Made by a program: the position numbers and the translations under genes
Part shown: positions 17,543 through 27,136 of the stretch, piece by piece
Layout: the number at the start of each line of letters is the position of its first letter
How positions within the stretch are numbered: position 1 is the stretch's first letter
NCBI RefSeq assembly: GCF_000196355.1
Contig: NC_007614.1
Coordinates: forward strand, 600,001 to 632,000
Source: Nitrosospira multiformis ATCC 25196
GTDB lineage: Bacteria; Pseudomonadota; Gammaproteobacteria; Burkholderiales; Nitrosomonadaceae
DNA length: 32,000 nucleotides
Direction of reading: 5' to 3'
The notes under the pieces: generated by a model
The model's input: only the letters and a program-made list of their open reading frames with translations
What the model was told of the DNA's origin: nothing
Databases searched by the model: none

Positions 17543-19396
17543 ATGAATGTTTTTTACGAAGAGGAAGGCACCTTCAAGGTAGGTGCGGTTCTTGCCGATA
17601 ACATGACTTCGCTGCAAGTGGAGGCGCCTCACGGCAAGCGCGCAAAAATAAAGGCGGCCTCCGTGCTGCTGCGGTTTGACGCGCCCTCATTGACTGAATT
17701 CATGGATGTCGCGCAAAAAAAGGCGGAAGATCTTGACCCGAATTTTCTCTGGGAATGTTGCGAGAGCGAGGTCGAATTCGCCAGCGATGCGCTTGCAGCA
17801 GATTATTTCGGCGATCGGGTGACACCGGAAGAAGCTGCCGCGGTATTGATCCGGCTGCACAGCGCGCCGATGTATTTTTACAAGAAAGGGCGCGGCCGCT
17901 ACAAGGCTGCCCCGCCGAAAGCGCTGGAAGCGGCGCTTGCCAGCCAGGAGAAAAAGCGCCGTCAGGCGGAACAGCAGGCCCGTTACATGCAATCGCTGAG
18001 CGAATTCGTTCTCCCGGAAGAATTCAAGCCGTCACTGTTCAATCTGCTCTATCGTCCGGAAAAAAATTCCGTCGAGTGGAAAGCGCTGGATGCCGTTTGT
18101 GCCGCGATGAAACTGAGCGTTTCCCAGTTACTGCAAAAGTGCGGGGCGATTCCTTCCACGCATGACTATCATCTCAACCGTTTCCTGCTGGAGCATTTTC
18201 CCGAGGGTACCGATTTCGATGACCTGGGCGCTGACCAATTGGCGGTTCTGCCCGATCTGCCGGTAGCGGATGTGACTGCTTTCAGCATCGATGATGTCAC
18301 CACCACTGAAATTGACGATGCCTTTTCCGTTACGCCGCTGACCCTGGGAAGTTTCCGCATCGGCATTCACATTGCCGTACCCACCTTGGGCATTGCGCCA
18401 GGTTCGCCTCTGGACAAGGTGGCGGAGCAGCGTGTCTCAACCGTATATATTCCGGGCAACAAGATCACCATGTTGCCCGAACCTGTGATACAGCAGTACA
18501 CGTTGAGCGAAAAACAATTGCGTCCCGCTGTTTCGATGTATCTGGACGTGGCCGATGATTTCACGGTGACTGCCACCACCACCCGCGTCGAGCAAGTAAA
18601 GGTTGCAGCCAACCTCCGCCACGACACGTTGGAGGAGCAATTCAATGAATCTACCCTGGCTGGAGGAAACATCAATCATCCCTTCGGCAGGGAACTGACC
18701 GCATTATGGAATTTTGCCCGGAAGATGGAAGCGCTCCGGGGCAAGACCAACGACAGCAATAACGAACGCATCGATTACAACTTCAATCTTCATGGCGACC
18801 ATATCGTGATTACCGAGCGCCGCCGGGGCTCGCCCATCGATAAGGTAGTGTCTGAGTTGATGATTTACGTGAATGCGGAATGGGGCCGGCTGCTTGCGGA
18901 TAGCGGAGTGGCCGGCATCTATCGCAGTCAGGGCAATGGCAAGGTCAGAATGAGCACGTCACCGGCGCCGCATCAGAGTCTCGGGGTTTCCCAGTATGCC
19001 TGGATCAGTTCGCCTATGCGCCGCTACGTGGATTTCATCAATCAGCGGCAACTGGTTGGGTTGCTGCGAGGAGAAGAACCTCCTTATACGAGGGAGAGCG
19101 AGAGCCTGCACATGTTCATGCGGAATTTCGAGTCCACTTATGAGGTGTACGGCGATTTTCAACGCTCGATGGAACGCTACTGGTGCTTGCGCTGGTTATT
19201 GCAGGAAAATGTTCAGGTAACAGGCGCGCAGGTACTGAAGGAAAACCTGGTGAAGCTCGATCGCCTGCCGCTTGTAGCGCGTGTCGCGTCGTTGCCGGAG
19301 CTGCCGTCGGAAACGGCTGTCGAGGTTGAAATCTCGAATATCGATCTGCTGGAACTTACTTTCAGTATAAAATTCCTGAGAAAACTGCAAGCTTGA
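17543..19396 (+). CDS. RNase II/R-family (RNB domain) exoribonuclease
   Basis: AFSIDDVTTTEIDDAFSV, IGIHIAVPTLGIAPGSPLDKVA, TMLPEPV, RMSTSPAPHQSLGVSQYAWISSPMRRYVDFINQRQL. Confidence 0.9.
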   Translation: MNVFYEEEGTFKVGAVLADNMTSLQVEAPHGKRAKIKAASVLLRFDAPSLTEFMDVAQKKAEDLDPNFLWECCESEVEFASDALAADYFGDRVTPEEAAAVLIRLHSAPMYFYKKGRGRYKAAPPKALEAALASQEKKRRQAEQQARYMQSLSEFVLPEEFKPSLFNLLYRPEKNSVEWKALDAVCAAMKLSVSQLLQKCGAIPSTHDYHLNRFLLEHFPEGTDFDDLGADQLAVLPDLPVADVTAFSIDDVTTTEIDDAFSVTPLTLGSFRIGIHIAVPTLGIAPGSPLDKVAEQRVSTVYIPGNKITMLPEPVIQQYTLSEKQLRPAVSMYLDVADDFTVTATTTRVEQVKVAANLRHDTLEEQFNESTLAGGNINHPFGRELTALWNFARKMEALRGKTNDSNNERIDYNFNLHGDHIVITERRRGSPIDKVVSELMIYVNAEWGRLLADSGVAGIYRSQGNGKVRMSTSPAPHQSLGVSQYAWISSPMRRYVDFINQRQLVGLLRGEEPPYTRESESLHMFMRNFESTYEVYGDFQRSMERYWCLRWLLQENVQVTGAQVLKENLVKLDRLPLVARVASLPELPSETAVEVEISNIDLLELTFSIKFLRKLQA

Positions 19397-19464
19397 GATT
19401 TATCCTGTAACATAGCAGGCCGTTATGGTTTACGGCTTTTCAGTCTCATTATTCTTCGGCAGAT

Positions 19465-20466
19465 TTGAGCGCCAGTCCGACAATAACGACCCTGAACACA
19501 ACCTTACGCGAGTTTAAGCCGGACGCGAGCTACAGCTCGCCGCTGAATAGAGTATCGCGCCTGAAAACTGCGATACTGGTCTCGGTTATTCTCCATGTCG
19601 TGGTTTTGTCCGGCGTCACTTTCAAGTTCCCTCTTCCGCAAATCCGTGCAGTGAGCGCGCCGCTGGAGGTGATGCTGGTGAATAGGGAGCCCGCTCTCCC
19701 TCCGGCCGCGGAGGACAGGAAAGAAGCGTTGCCGCGCGTGGCGCGCGCGAGTCCTGCTGTAAAAGGCAACGCCAGCCGGCATCCAGCCCAACCCAGTCTT
19801 CCCCTGCCGAAACAGGAAGATACAGCAAATATTCCCGGGGAGACGATCGCCGATTCCGCTGCCGCTGTCCAGGAAGCAGGACCGCGCGAACTTCGGACAC
19901 CGCCATTGATGGCAGCCCCCGAGAATGACAGCCATCAAAGTGCTGATGAGCCTGATCCCCTGCTCGCTCCGGCTCAGCCTCAGATTAAAACCGGGCAGGA
20001 CCAGAACGCTATCTTTGATACTGCGGACCTGGTTCAGCGCGGATTGGCAATCGCACGCGTGGCGGCCCGCGGGGACGCGAGTCTTGAAACCTATCAAAAA
20101 CCGCTGAAACGAAAGTTTATCGGCAGCCGCACCCGGGACTATCGTTTTGCCCGCTACGCCGAAGACTGGCGCCTCAAGGTGGAGCGGATCGGGAACCTGA
20201 ATTATCCCGAAGCGGCAAAACGTGAACAGCTGTATGGCAGCTTACAGCTTACCGTTGGCATCCGCTCCGATGGCAGCCTGGAATCGGTTGAAATAAACCG
20301 CTCTTCCGGAAAGAAAATTCTGGATCAGGCAGCCGTCCGTATCGTGAAGCTGGCGGGGCAGAACGGCTTCGCCCCTTTTCCTCCCGAGCTCAGCCGGGAT
20401 ACCGATATTCTGCATATTACCCGCTCCTGGGTATTCACCAGCGCCAATGAGCTGACAAGTGAGTAA
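19465..20466 (+). CDS. TonB-like protein (N-terminal TM anchor, C-terminal TonB-type domain)
   Basis: LKTAILVSVILHVVVLSGVTFKFPLP anchor, Pro-rich linker, C-terminal region EAAKREQLYGSLQLTVGIRSDGSLESVEINRSSGKKILDQAAVRIVKLA. Confidence 0.8.
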   Translation: MSASPTITTLNTTLREFKPDASYSSPLNRVSRLKTAILVSVILHVVVLSGVTFKFPLPQIRAVSAPLEVMLVNREPALPPAAEDRKEALPRVARASPAVKGNASRHPAQPSLPLPKQEDTANIPGETIADSAAAVQEAGPRELRTPPLMAAPENDSHQSADEPDPLLAPAQPQIKTGQDQNAIFDTADLVQRGLAIARVAARGDASLETYQKPLKRKFIGSRTRDYRFARYAEDWRLKVERIGNLNYPEAAKREQLYGSLQLTVGIRSDGSLESVEINRSSGKKILDQAAVRIVKLAGQNGFAPFPPELSRDTDILHITRSWVFTSANELTSE

Positions 20467-20582
20467 CCATGCGGGCGTACCGGTTTGCGCGCAGGTATTG
20501 CTCGCAACGGCATGTCTCCCCGTTTCTTCCTCCCGGTCGCTCCAATCGGAGTCTGATTCCGTGATTTACATCATGAGTGGTC

Positions 20583-21410
20583 ATGAGTGATCTTTATGCC
20601 GTCATCGGTAATCCTGTTGCTCATAGCAAGTCGCCCCTGATTCATGCCGGGTTTGCACGTCAAAGCGGACAGGATGTGCGTTATGAAGCGATACTTGCGC
20701 CATTGGATGGGTTCGTGGAAACGGTAGCTGCCTTCAGGCAGCGTGGCGGCAAAGGGGCGAACGTAACCGTGCCATTCAAGCTGGAAGCCCACACGCTATC
20801 AAGCTGCCTCACGGAGCGGGCAAAGGCCGCGGGCGCAGTGAACACGCTTGTATTCGGGGCAGATGACATCCTGGGAGATAACACGGATGGCGCGGGGCTG
20901 GTGCGGGACGTGGCCGTCAATCTCGGTTATGCGCTCGATGACCGGCGCGTTTTGCTCATGGGCGCGGGTGGAGCAGCCCGGGGGGTAATCAGGCCCTTGC
21001 TCGAGCATGAGCCTGCCGCGCTGGTGATTGCCAATCGCACCCCCCAAAAAGCGGATGATCTGCAGCGGTTGTTTGCATCCTCGGGGAACGTTCTTTCCGC
21101 AGCGTACGAGGATCTTCGCGGGCAGGAATTCGACCTTGTCATCAATGCCACTTCCGCCAGCCTGCAGGGCGACCTGCCGCCTCTGCCAAAAGGTATTTTC
21201 GCCGGCGCTTCGTTGGCCTACGATATGATGTACGGCAAGGGACTTACTTCTTTTCTGCAATTCGCGCAGCAGCAGGGGGCAGCGCGGCTGGCCGATGGAA
21301 TCGGCATGCTGGTGGAACAGGCGGCCGAATCCTTCTTTCTCTGGCGCGGGATACGGCCGGAAACGGAACCGGTCATCGGAATGTTAAGGTCAAGCCTCGG
21401 CAGTCCGTAG
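20583..21410 (+). CDS. aroE: Shikimate dehydrogenase
   Basis: MSDLYAVIGNPVAHSKSPLIHAGFA, GANVTVPFKLEA, DNTDGAGLVRD, LLMGAGGAARGVI. Confidence 0.95.
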   Translation: MSDLYAVIGNPVAHSKSPLIHAGFARQSGQDVRYEAILAPLDGFVETVAAFRQRGGKGANVTVPFKLEAHTLSSCLTERAKAAGAVNTLVFGADDILGDNTDGAGLVRDVAVNLGYALDDRRVLLMGAGGAARGVIRPLLEHEPAALVIANRTPQKADDLQRLFASSGNVLSAAYEDLRGQEFDLVINATSASLQGDLPPLPKGIFAGASLAYDMMYGKGLTSFLQFAQQQGAARLADGIGMLVEQAAESFFLWRGIRPETEPVIGMLRSSLGSP

Positions 21411-21445
21411 ATTGATAGGCGGAGCAGCGATAGCGTCATCCGCTG

Positions 21446-22189
21446 GTGAGGGTGGCGCAACTGCGCGACCTGGAAACAACAGTGGGAATAATAAGAATGT
21501 TTTTCAAGCGCTGGTTCTGGCGGATATTCCTGTTTTTCATTGCCGTCATATTTGTCTATCAATTCTGGATTTTCAGTCAGATTGTCTACTGGAACTATTT
21601 CAATCCTTCTTCCAGCGCTTTCATGCAAACCCGGCTGGAAACACTGCGGGAAAAAAATACGAAGGCTGCACTGCGTACCCGCTGGATTCCTTACGAACAG
21701 ATTTCTCCGCATCTCAAGCGGGCAATCATTGCAGCCGAGGATGCGAAATTTCTGGAGCATGAAGGATTCGATTTCGACGCTATCCAGAAGGCGTACGAGA
21801 AAAACCTGAAAAAAGGCAGGCTGATCATGGGCGGCTCCACCATCAGCCAGCAACTGGCAAAAAACCTGTTTCTTTCCGGTGACAAGACCCCATGGCGTAA
21901 ACTCCAGGAAGCATTCATCACGCTGATGCTCGAGAAGGTGATGTCCAAACGCCGTATCCTGGAGATTTATCTGAATGTGATCGAATGGGGCAATGTGGTG
22001 TTTGGAGCCGAGGCCGCGGCTCGTCATTATTATGGTATTTCCGCTTCTTCTGTTTCAAGGGAGCAGGCGGCCCGGCTCGCTGCCATGGTTCCCAGTCCCC
22101 GGTTCTATGACGAAAATCGGAATACCCCCTGGCTGTCGAAGAAAACGCGCATGATTCTGGGCCGCATGGCGTCGGCTTCCATTCCCTGA
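21446..22189 (+). CDS. mtgA: Monofunctional biosynthetic peptidoglycan transglycosylase (true start may be near 21497)
   Basis: GT51 signatures: AIIAAEDAKFLEHEGFD, GRLIMGGSTISQQLAKNLFLSG, RKLQEAFITLMLE, KRRILEIYLNVIEWG. Confidence 0.95.
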   Translation: MRVAQLRDLETTVGIIRMFFKRWFWRIFLFFIAVIFVYQFWIFSQIVYWNYFNPSSSAFMQTRLETLREKNTKAALRTRWIPYEQISPHLKRAIIAAEDAKFLEHEGFDFDAIQKAYEKNLKKGRLIMGGSTISQQLAKNLFLSGDKTPWRKLQEAFITLMLEKVMSKRRILEIYLNVIEWGNVVFGAEAAARHYYGISASSVSREQAARLAAMVPSPRFYDENRNTPWLSKKTRMILGRMASASIP

Positions 22190-22406
22190 GATAAAATAGC
22201 AGAGGTCGAGGTGGCCGCTGCGCTCTGTCCTGTCAGCCCGGAGCCGCGTTGTGGGAGAAGTCTCCTCCCCGTCGGCTGTCGGCTGCCGGTCGGTTTCCTC
22301 GTGCTTCTTTTATGCCCGGTTTGCGTCTTCACTCGCCTTGTCATAATATTCGACGTTTTTTTCCCTACAATCAGATCAGGCAAAACCTGTTCCAGGAACC
22401 TCCCTA

Positions 22407-23843
22407 ATGGCAAATAACCTCAGGGAAACAGAAAACCTGCAAGAACATTTGCAGCGTGTGATCCAGCTACTGTACGAGCATAAGCTCGCGGAAGGGCTTC
22501 TGCCCCCGCAGCCCCTGCCCGAGCAGGGGCTCATGGATGGGCTGCTGCACGGGCAAAGCCTGGCTGAATTGCAAAAGCTCCTTGACGAGCTTCATCCCGC
22601 TGACGTCGCCCACATTCTCGAGGTAATGCCGCTCGAAGACCGCCTGCTGATCTGGGACCTGGTCAAGGCGGAGCGTGACGGGGAAATCCTGCTGGAGGTG
22701 TCGGACGCCGTCCGTGAAACCCTGATCGCCTCGATGGAACGCGGTGAGATGCGCGCTGCGGCAGAGCAGCTCGATGCCGATGAAATCGCGGACATCGCGC
22801 CTGATCTTCCCCGGGATGTTCTCGAAGATGTATTCCAGTCGCTCCCCATGGAAGAGCGCGAGAAGCTGCGGGCGGCCATGTCCTATCCGGAAGACGCGGT
22901 GGGAGCGCTCATGGATTTCGATGTGGTCACCATTCGTGAGGATGTAACGCTGGAAGTGGTCCTTCGCTACCTGCGCCGCCTGAACGAGTTGCCGGACCAG
23001 ACCGACCTTTTGTTCGTGGTGGACCGGAACGAGTATTTCAAGGGCGTGCTCCCCTTGAACCGCCTGCTGGTAAGCGACCCGGCCGCGCTGGTAAGTTCGG
23101 TCATGAGCAAGGAAACCATCGTGTTCTATCCTGACGAAAGGGCGCAACAGGCAGCGCAGGCATTCGAGCGCTACGACCTCGTTACCGCCGCGGTGGTCAA
23201 TGCGGAAGGAAAACTGGTGGGACGCGTCACGATCGATGCCGTGATGGACTTCATCCGCGAGGAATCAGCCAGCGAAGCCCTGAGCGTAGGCGGCTTGAGT
23301 CAGGAAGAAGACCTGTTCGCGCCCATCTGGAAGAGCCTCAAGAACCGCTGGACCTGGCTGGCCATCAATCTCGTCACCGCGTTCGTCGCCTCGCGGGTGA
23401 TCGGTCTGTTTGAAGATTCGATCGAAAAACTCGTTGCCCTGGCCGCGCTCATGCCGATCATTGCCGGAATAGGGGGAAACTCCGGCAATCAGACCATCAC
23501 CATGATCGTGCGGGCGCTCGCTTTGGGACAACTGAATGGCGGGAACGCCCGCATGCTGATCAGCAAGGAAATCGGCGTGAGCGCCGTAAACGGCGTGGTG
23601 TGGGGCGCGGTAGTCGGCGGGTTTGCCTATATCATTTACCGCAATATTTCGCTCAGCCTGGTGATGATGCTGGCCATGATGCTCAACCTGTTGCTGGCCG
23701 CGCTCATGGGCGTGCTCATACCGCTGACCCTGCACAGCCTGGGGCGCGACCCTGCCGCGGGCTCCAGCGTGATGATAACCGCGGTGACCGACAGCGGAGG
23801 TTTTTTTATCTTCCTGGGACTCGCAACCCTTTTTCTGCTATAG
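22407..23843 (+). CDS. mgtE: Magnesium transporter
   Basis: N-terminal MgtE repeats (LHPADVAHILEVMP), CBS segments, C-terminal ALMPIIAGIGGNSGNQTITMIVRALA and AVTDSGGFFIFLGLA. Confidence 0.95.
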   Translation: MANNLRETENLQEHLQRVIQLLYEHKLAEGLLPPQPLPEQGLMDGLLHGQSLAELQKLLDELHPADVAHILEVMPLEDRLLIWDLVKAERDGEILLEVSDAVRETLIASMERGEMRAAAEQLDADEIADIAPDLPRDVLEDVFQSLPMEEREKLRAAMSYPEDAVGALMDFDVVTIREDVTLEVVLRYLRRLNELPDQTDLLFVVDRNEYFKGVLPLNRLLVSDPAALVSSVMSKETIVFYPDERAQQAAQAFERYDLVTAAVVNAEGKLVGRVTIDAVMDFIREESASEALSVGGLSQEEDLFAPIWKSLKNRWTWLAINLVTAFVASRVIGLFEDSIEKLVALAALMPIIAGIGGNSGNQTITMIVRALALGQLNGGNARMLISKEIGVSAVNGVVWGAVVGGFAYIIYRNISLSLVMMLAMMLNLLLAALMGVLIPLTLHSLGRDPAAGSSVMITAVTDSGGFFIFLGLATLFLL

Positions 23844-23867
23844 CCCCTGCTATAACCTCATACGAGG

Positions 23868-25124
23868 CTATGGGAGGATTTTCTCGCCTGCCATCAATTG
23901 CTCGACCGATTCCCGCTCGCGAATGAGATGAATGCGGTCGCCATCGATCATCACCTCGGCGGCGCGTGGACGCGCATTGTAATTAGAGCTCATGCTCATG
24001 CCATAAGCGCCGGCCGACATGACAGCGAGCAGATCACCCTGCGCCAGCGCCAGGTGGCGGTCATGCCCAAGAAAATCGCCGGTTTCGCATACCGGACCGA
24101 CAACCTGATAGGTTTTTGCATCCATTTCGTTGCGCGCAACCACCGGAAGGATTTCATGGTAAGCCTTATATAAGGCCGGGCGCATCAGGTCGTTCATGGC
24201 TGCATCGACAATGGCGAAATCGCGATGCGGCGTAGGCTTGAGATACTCGACGGTTGTAAGCAGTACACCCGCATTGCCCACCAGCGATCTTCCCGGTTCG
24301 ATCAGGATTTTCTGCCTGCGGTTGCCCACCACGCTGCGTAACGCCTCGACATATTCCCGTGCCGAGGGGGGATTTTCCCCGGCATAACGTATCCCCAGGC
24401 CGCCGCCCAGATCGAGGTGCTCGATCTCCAACCCTTGCGCCTCCAGCCGGTCGAGCAGCCCCAGCATCTTCTTGCAGGTTTCGATGAAAGGCGCCAGTTC
24501 GGTCAATTGCGAGCCGATATGGCAATCGAGACCGGCCACCCGTACATTGCCAAGCGCCTGCGCAGAAGCATAAAGCGCCTCCGCCTCATCGAAAGGAATG
24601 CCGAACTTGTTTTCCTTGAGTCCGGTGGAAATATATGGGTGCGTTTTCGCATCCACATCCGGGTTCACCCGCAGGCTCACCGGCGCAACCTTGCCCATTT
24701 CTCCGGCCACGCGGTTCAGCCCATGCAACTCCGCTTCCGATTCCACGTTGAAGCACAGTATGCCCGCTTCGAGCGCCGCTTTCATTTCCGCAGGCTGCTT
24801 GCCCACACCCGAAAAAACGATTTTCTGTGGATCGCCCCCCGCCTTCAATACCCGCTGAAGTTCTCCCCCGGAGACGATGTCGAAGCCGCTACCCAGGCGG
24901 GCGAGCAGATTGAGAATGCCAAGGTTGGAATTCGCCTTGACGGCGTAACAGACCAGATGATCGCGTCCTGCGAAGGCATCGTCGAATTCACAGTAGGCTG
25001 TAGTCAGCGCCGCGCGCGAATAGGCATAGCAGGGCGTGCCGAATTCAAGCGCGATGCGCTCCAGTTGCACCGACTCTGCCCACAAATGCCCATTGCGGTA
25101 ACTGAAGGAAGGAAAACCGCTCAC
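23868..25124 (-). CDS. lysA: Diaminopimelate decarboxylase (GTG start at 25124 proposed; the track ORF extends to 25208)
   Basis: CYAVKANSNLGILNLLARLGSGFDIVSGGEL, HCHIGSQL-like GLDCHIGSQLTEL, LDLGGGLGI, CETGDFL, GAYGMSMSSNYN. Confidence 0.95.
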   Translation of the reverse strand: MSGFPSFSYRNGHLWAESVQLERIALEFGTPCYAYSRAALTTAYCEFDDAFAGRDHLVCYAVKANSNLGILNLLARLGSGFDIVSGGELQRVLKAGGDPQKIVFSGVGKQPAEMKAALEAGILCFNVESEAELHGLNRVAGEMGKVAPVSLRVNPDVDAKTHPYISTGLKENKFGIPFDEAEALYASAQALGNVRVAGLDCHIGSQLTELAPFIETCKKMLGLLDRLEAQGLEIEHLDLGGGLGIRYAGENPPSAREYVEALRSVVGNRRQKILIEPGRSLVGNAGVLLTTVEYLKPTPHRDFAIVDAAMNDLMRPALYKAYHEILPVVARNEMDAKTYQVVGPVCETGDFLGHDRHLALAQGDLLAVMSAGAYGMSMSSNYNARPRAAEVMIDGDRIHLIRERESVEQLMAGEKILP

Positions 25125-25255
25125 TTCTTTTTCTCTGTATCGGGAATTTTTTGTGGCTGCGCCGGAGCCGGCTCCTGCGGAAGGTAGAGGGGCCCCTTGA
25201 GGCCGCATGCGTTGAGCAGCAGGGCTATTAGGACGGCAGACGAGAGCGCGCGCAT
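25121..25255 (-). CDS. lptM: LptM/YifL-like small outer-membrane lipoprotein (44 aa)
   Basis: Translation MRALSSAVLIALLLNACGLKGPLYLPQEPAPAQPQKIPDTEKKK*. Lipobox LNAC followed by GLKGPLYLP. The gene's final GTGA overlaps the proposed lysA GTG. Below the ORF-track length cutoff. Confidence 0.9.
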   Translation of the reverse strand: MRALSSAVLIALLLNACGLKGPLYLPQEPAPAQPQKIPDTEKKK

Positions 25256-25454
25256 GAGACGATATGGGAAAAATGGAGCTGGAATACTAACATGGGGGAT
25301 AAGAGGTCTCTCTGTTTTCTCAACAACCCTTCGCTGAACGCTTTATTCAGAAGTAAAAACGGCGCAACTTCATCAGTTCAGACCTTAAGTATAAGTAGCC
25401 ACACCTAATCAATAACGAGACAACAAAAAACTTGAAACAAATCCCGAAATCAAC

Positions 25455-26666
25455 TCATACACTAATATTAGAATTTCGGAATAATTGATCAGCAAAAGCA
25501 GCGCTCGTGTATGAAGCATACTTCTGCCAAGTATCATTTTTTTCAGCGTCTGCGAAGTCACAAACGGATTTAATGATCATAGCTGTCAGATTTGGAATTG
25601 AAGTATATTCAGCAGCTGCCATAACAGCGTATGCCTCCATCTCAATTGCTATCAACTCTCGGTGCTGTTGAATTGCAATTAATCTTGCGGATCTATCATC
25701 AGCAATCACACTTGCACCGGACGCCATGGGGCCAATATGAACCTTTAGCTTGCCTCCTGGCACTTCTTCCGACCATCCTTTTCGGATACCATTCATAACG
25801 GATTCGTCGTTTGCGAGATCAGAAGCCACCTGACTCAATGCACTGTTAAGTGGTACCTGACGAGGGGCTGCGTGAAATACAGGTGATCCATTCGAATCCA
25901 GTCCGTGCTTCCCACTACCCCAATCCCAAGTAGGGTCGGCAACGATAATATCCCCGAGACTGCATTTATCTCGAATCCCGGCACAAATTCCTACCATTAA
26001 CAAAATCTTAGGCTTAAACATCAAGGCCAACTTAGAGGCAACCGCAGCGGATGAAGGCATACCCTTCCTGTTGGGGCTGACAGCTACTACCGAAATGTTG
26101 CTATCTATTCTGGGTATTTTTCCATAATGGTAAGTAAGAGGGTCGTCTTTAATACGCTTCTGAATCCATTGATAAGGCAGATTGAGAACTGCGTCTAATT
26201 CTGGATTTCTTAGGGCGGTTACAATGACTACATCTACCTGTTCATCACGTGCTAATCGTTGCGAATCGTACTTTGCACGTCCGATCAGTATTTTCTTCCA
26301 TTCATCGGAATCAGAATGGTACTGACAAAGGATAGCACCTCTCTCAATTACTTTTGTATATGCTGATTCTATGAGTTCTTCTCTTCCAGTAATGAAAAGG
26401 ACACTTGCAGGCAGTTTGACCTTTTCGTCAAGCCTGATCATGTCCAAAAACGTTATACCCCCTTCATTATCAGGTTTCCCTCCTATTGCCGCCGGTAAAT
26501 GAAGATCTATTATCAGTAGGTCGTAATCTTGCCTTCTCAGAAGAATCCGCGCGGCCTGCGCTGTAGTTTCATGTTTGACTCCAGCACAACTTATCCCTGC
26601 ATCAGCTAGCACATTAAATATTTCTTCTACCTTTCTATATTCGTCGTCGACAATCAATATTTTCAT
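25455..26666 (-). CDS. dtcC: Detocs effector: receiver domain fused to a nucleoside phosphorylase (PNP/MTAN-fold) domain
   Basis: N-terminal receiver MKILIVDDEYRKVEE...YDLLIIDLHLP...SVLFITG. C-terminal PNP fold VDVVIVTALRNPELDAVLN, ILLMVGICAGIRDKCSLGDIIVADP, IAIEMEAYAVMAAA, IIKSVCDFADAEKND. Confidence 0.88.
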   Translation of the reverse strand: MKILIVDDEYRKVEEIFNVLADAGISCAGVKHETTAQAARILLRRQDYDLLIIDLHLPAAIGGKPDNEGGITFLDMIRLDEKVKLPASVLFITGREELIESAYTKVIERGAILCQYHSDSDEWKKILIGRAKYDSQRLARDEQVDVVIVTALRNPELDAVLNLPYQWIQKRIKDDPLTYHYGKIPRIDSNISVVAVSPNRKGMPSSAAVASKLALMFKPKILLMVGICAGIRDKCSLGDIIVADPTWDWGSGKHGLDSNGSPVFHAAPRQVPLNSALSQVASDLANDESVMNGIRKGWSEEVPGGKLKVHIGPMASGASVIADDRSARLIAIQQHRELIAIEMEAYAVMAAAEYTSIPNLTAMIIKSVCDFADAEKNDTWQKYASYTSAAFADQLFRNSNISV

Positions 26667-27136
26667 TTTCTAGCCAGCGCGTTGCTTTCAGCAATTAATT
26701 GCTTTAGGGCGCTCCTCCAGCCCTCTTGAGCTGAGTTGTAATAAACAAAACCCTTGAATGGAGGCGAATAGCGGCTTTTGAGATCGGCTATTAGTTGCTC
26801 AAGTGATACTCGCTTTGGGGTTTCTCCAAATGAGTCAAACATCGTTACGACAATCGTAGGTACGTTTATGGAGCGAAGGCGCATTTGCGCCAGCAATTCT
26901 CTACCAGCAAAACTTTCGGGAGCTCCTCCACTTGGTTCCTGTTGTGATATGTCATATGTAGGCATGCTCATATCAACCAACACAATATCCAGTACTTCAC
27001 TTCCGGCAATTAGAGCTTTAAGTCCACTATTTAAAGATTTAGCGAGTTGCACATTCGCGGCCGGAAATTCCAAAGAAATAAATTCTTCGATTTTCTTTGA
27101 CTTATCTTCATCATCTTCAATGACCAAGATATTCAT
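26663..27136 (-). CDS. dtcB: Detocs stand-alone receiver (response-regulator-like) protein
   Basis: MNILVIEDDEDKSKKIEEF...LDIVLVDMSMPT...TIVVTMFDSFG, with no output domain. 4-nt ATGA overlap with dtcC, and its start lies inside the dtcA 3' end. Confidence 0.85.
   Translation of the reverse strand: MNILVIEDDEDKSKKIEEFISLEFPAANVQLAKSLNSGLKALIAGSEVLDIVLVDMSMPTYDISQQEPSGGAPESFAGRELLAQMRLRSINVPTIVVTMFDSFGETPKRVSLEQLIADLKSRYSPPFKGFVYYNSAQEGWRSALKQLIAESNALARK

Noticed and set aside
17135-17632. Minus-strand ORF (165 aa) spanning the hydrolase/RNase intergenic region
   Set aside because: Overlaps the ends of two well-supported genes and has no recognisable domain; coding status not supported.
21218-22027. 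Long minus-strand ORF of 269 aa
   Set aside because: Antisense to mtgA, whose GT51 motifs are clear.
23265-23735. Minus-strand His/Gln-rich ORF
   Set aside because: Antisense shadow of mgtE; composition reflects the reverse complement of hydrophobic codons.
24417-25187. Long plus-strand ORF of 256 aa
   Set aside because: Lies entirely antisense to lysA, which has unambiguous family motifs; typical shadow ORF in GC-rich coding DNA.
25455-26666. Interpretation as a housekeeping MTA/SAH nucleosidase
   Set aside because: The N-terminal receiver fusion and overlap with a receiver-only gene and a large sensor gene are not found in housekeeping mtnN; the architecture fits a Detocs effector better.
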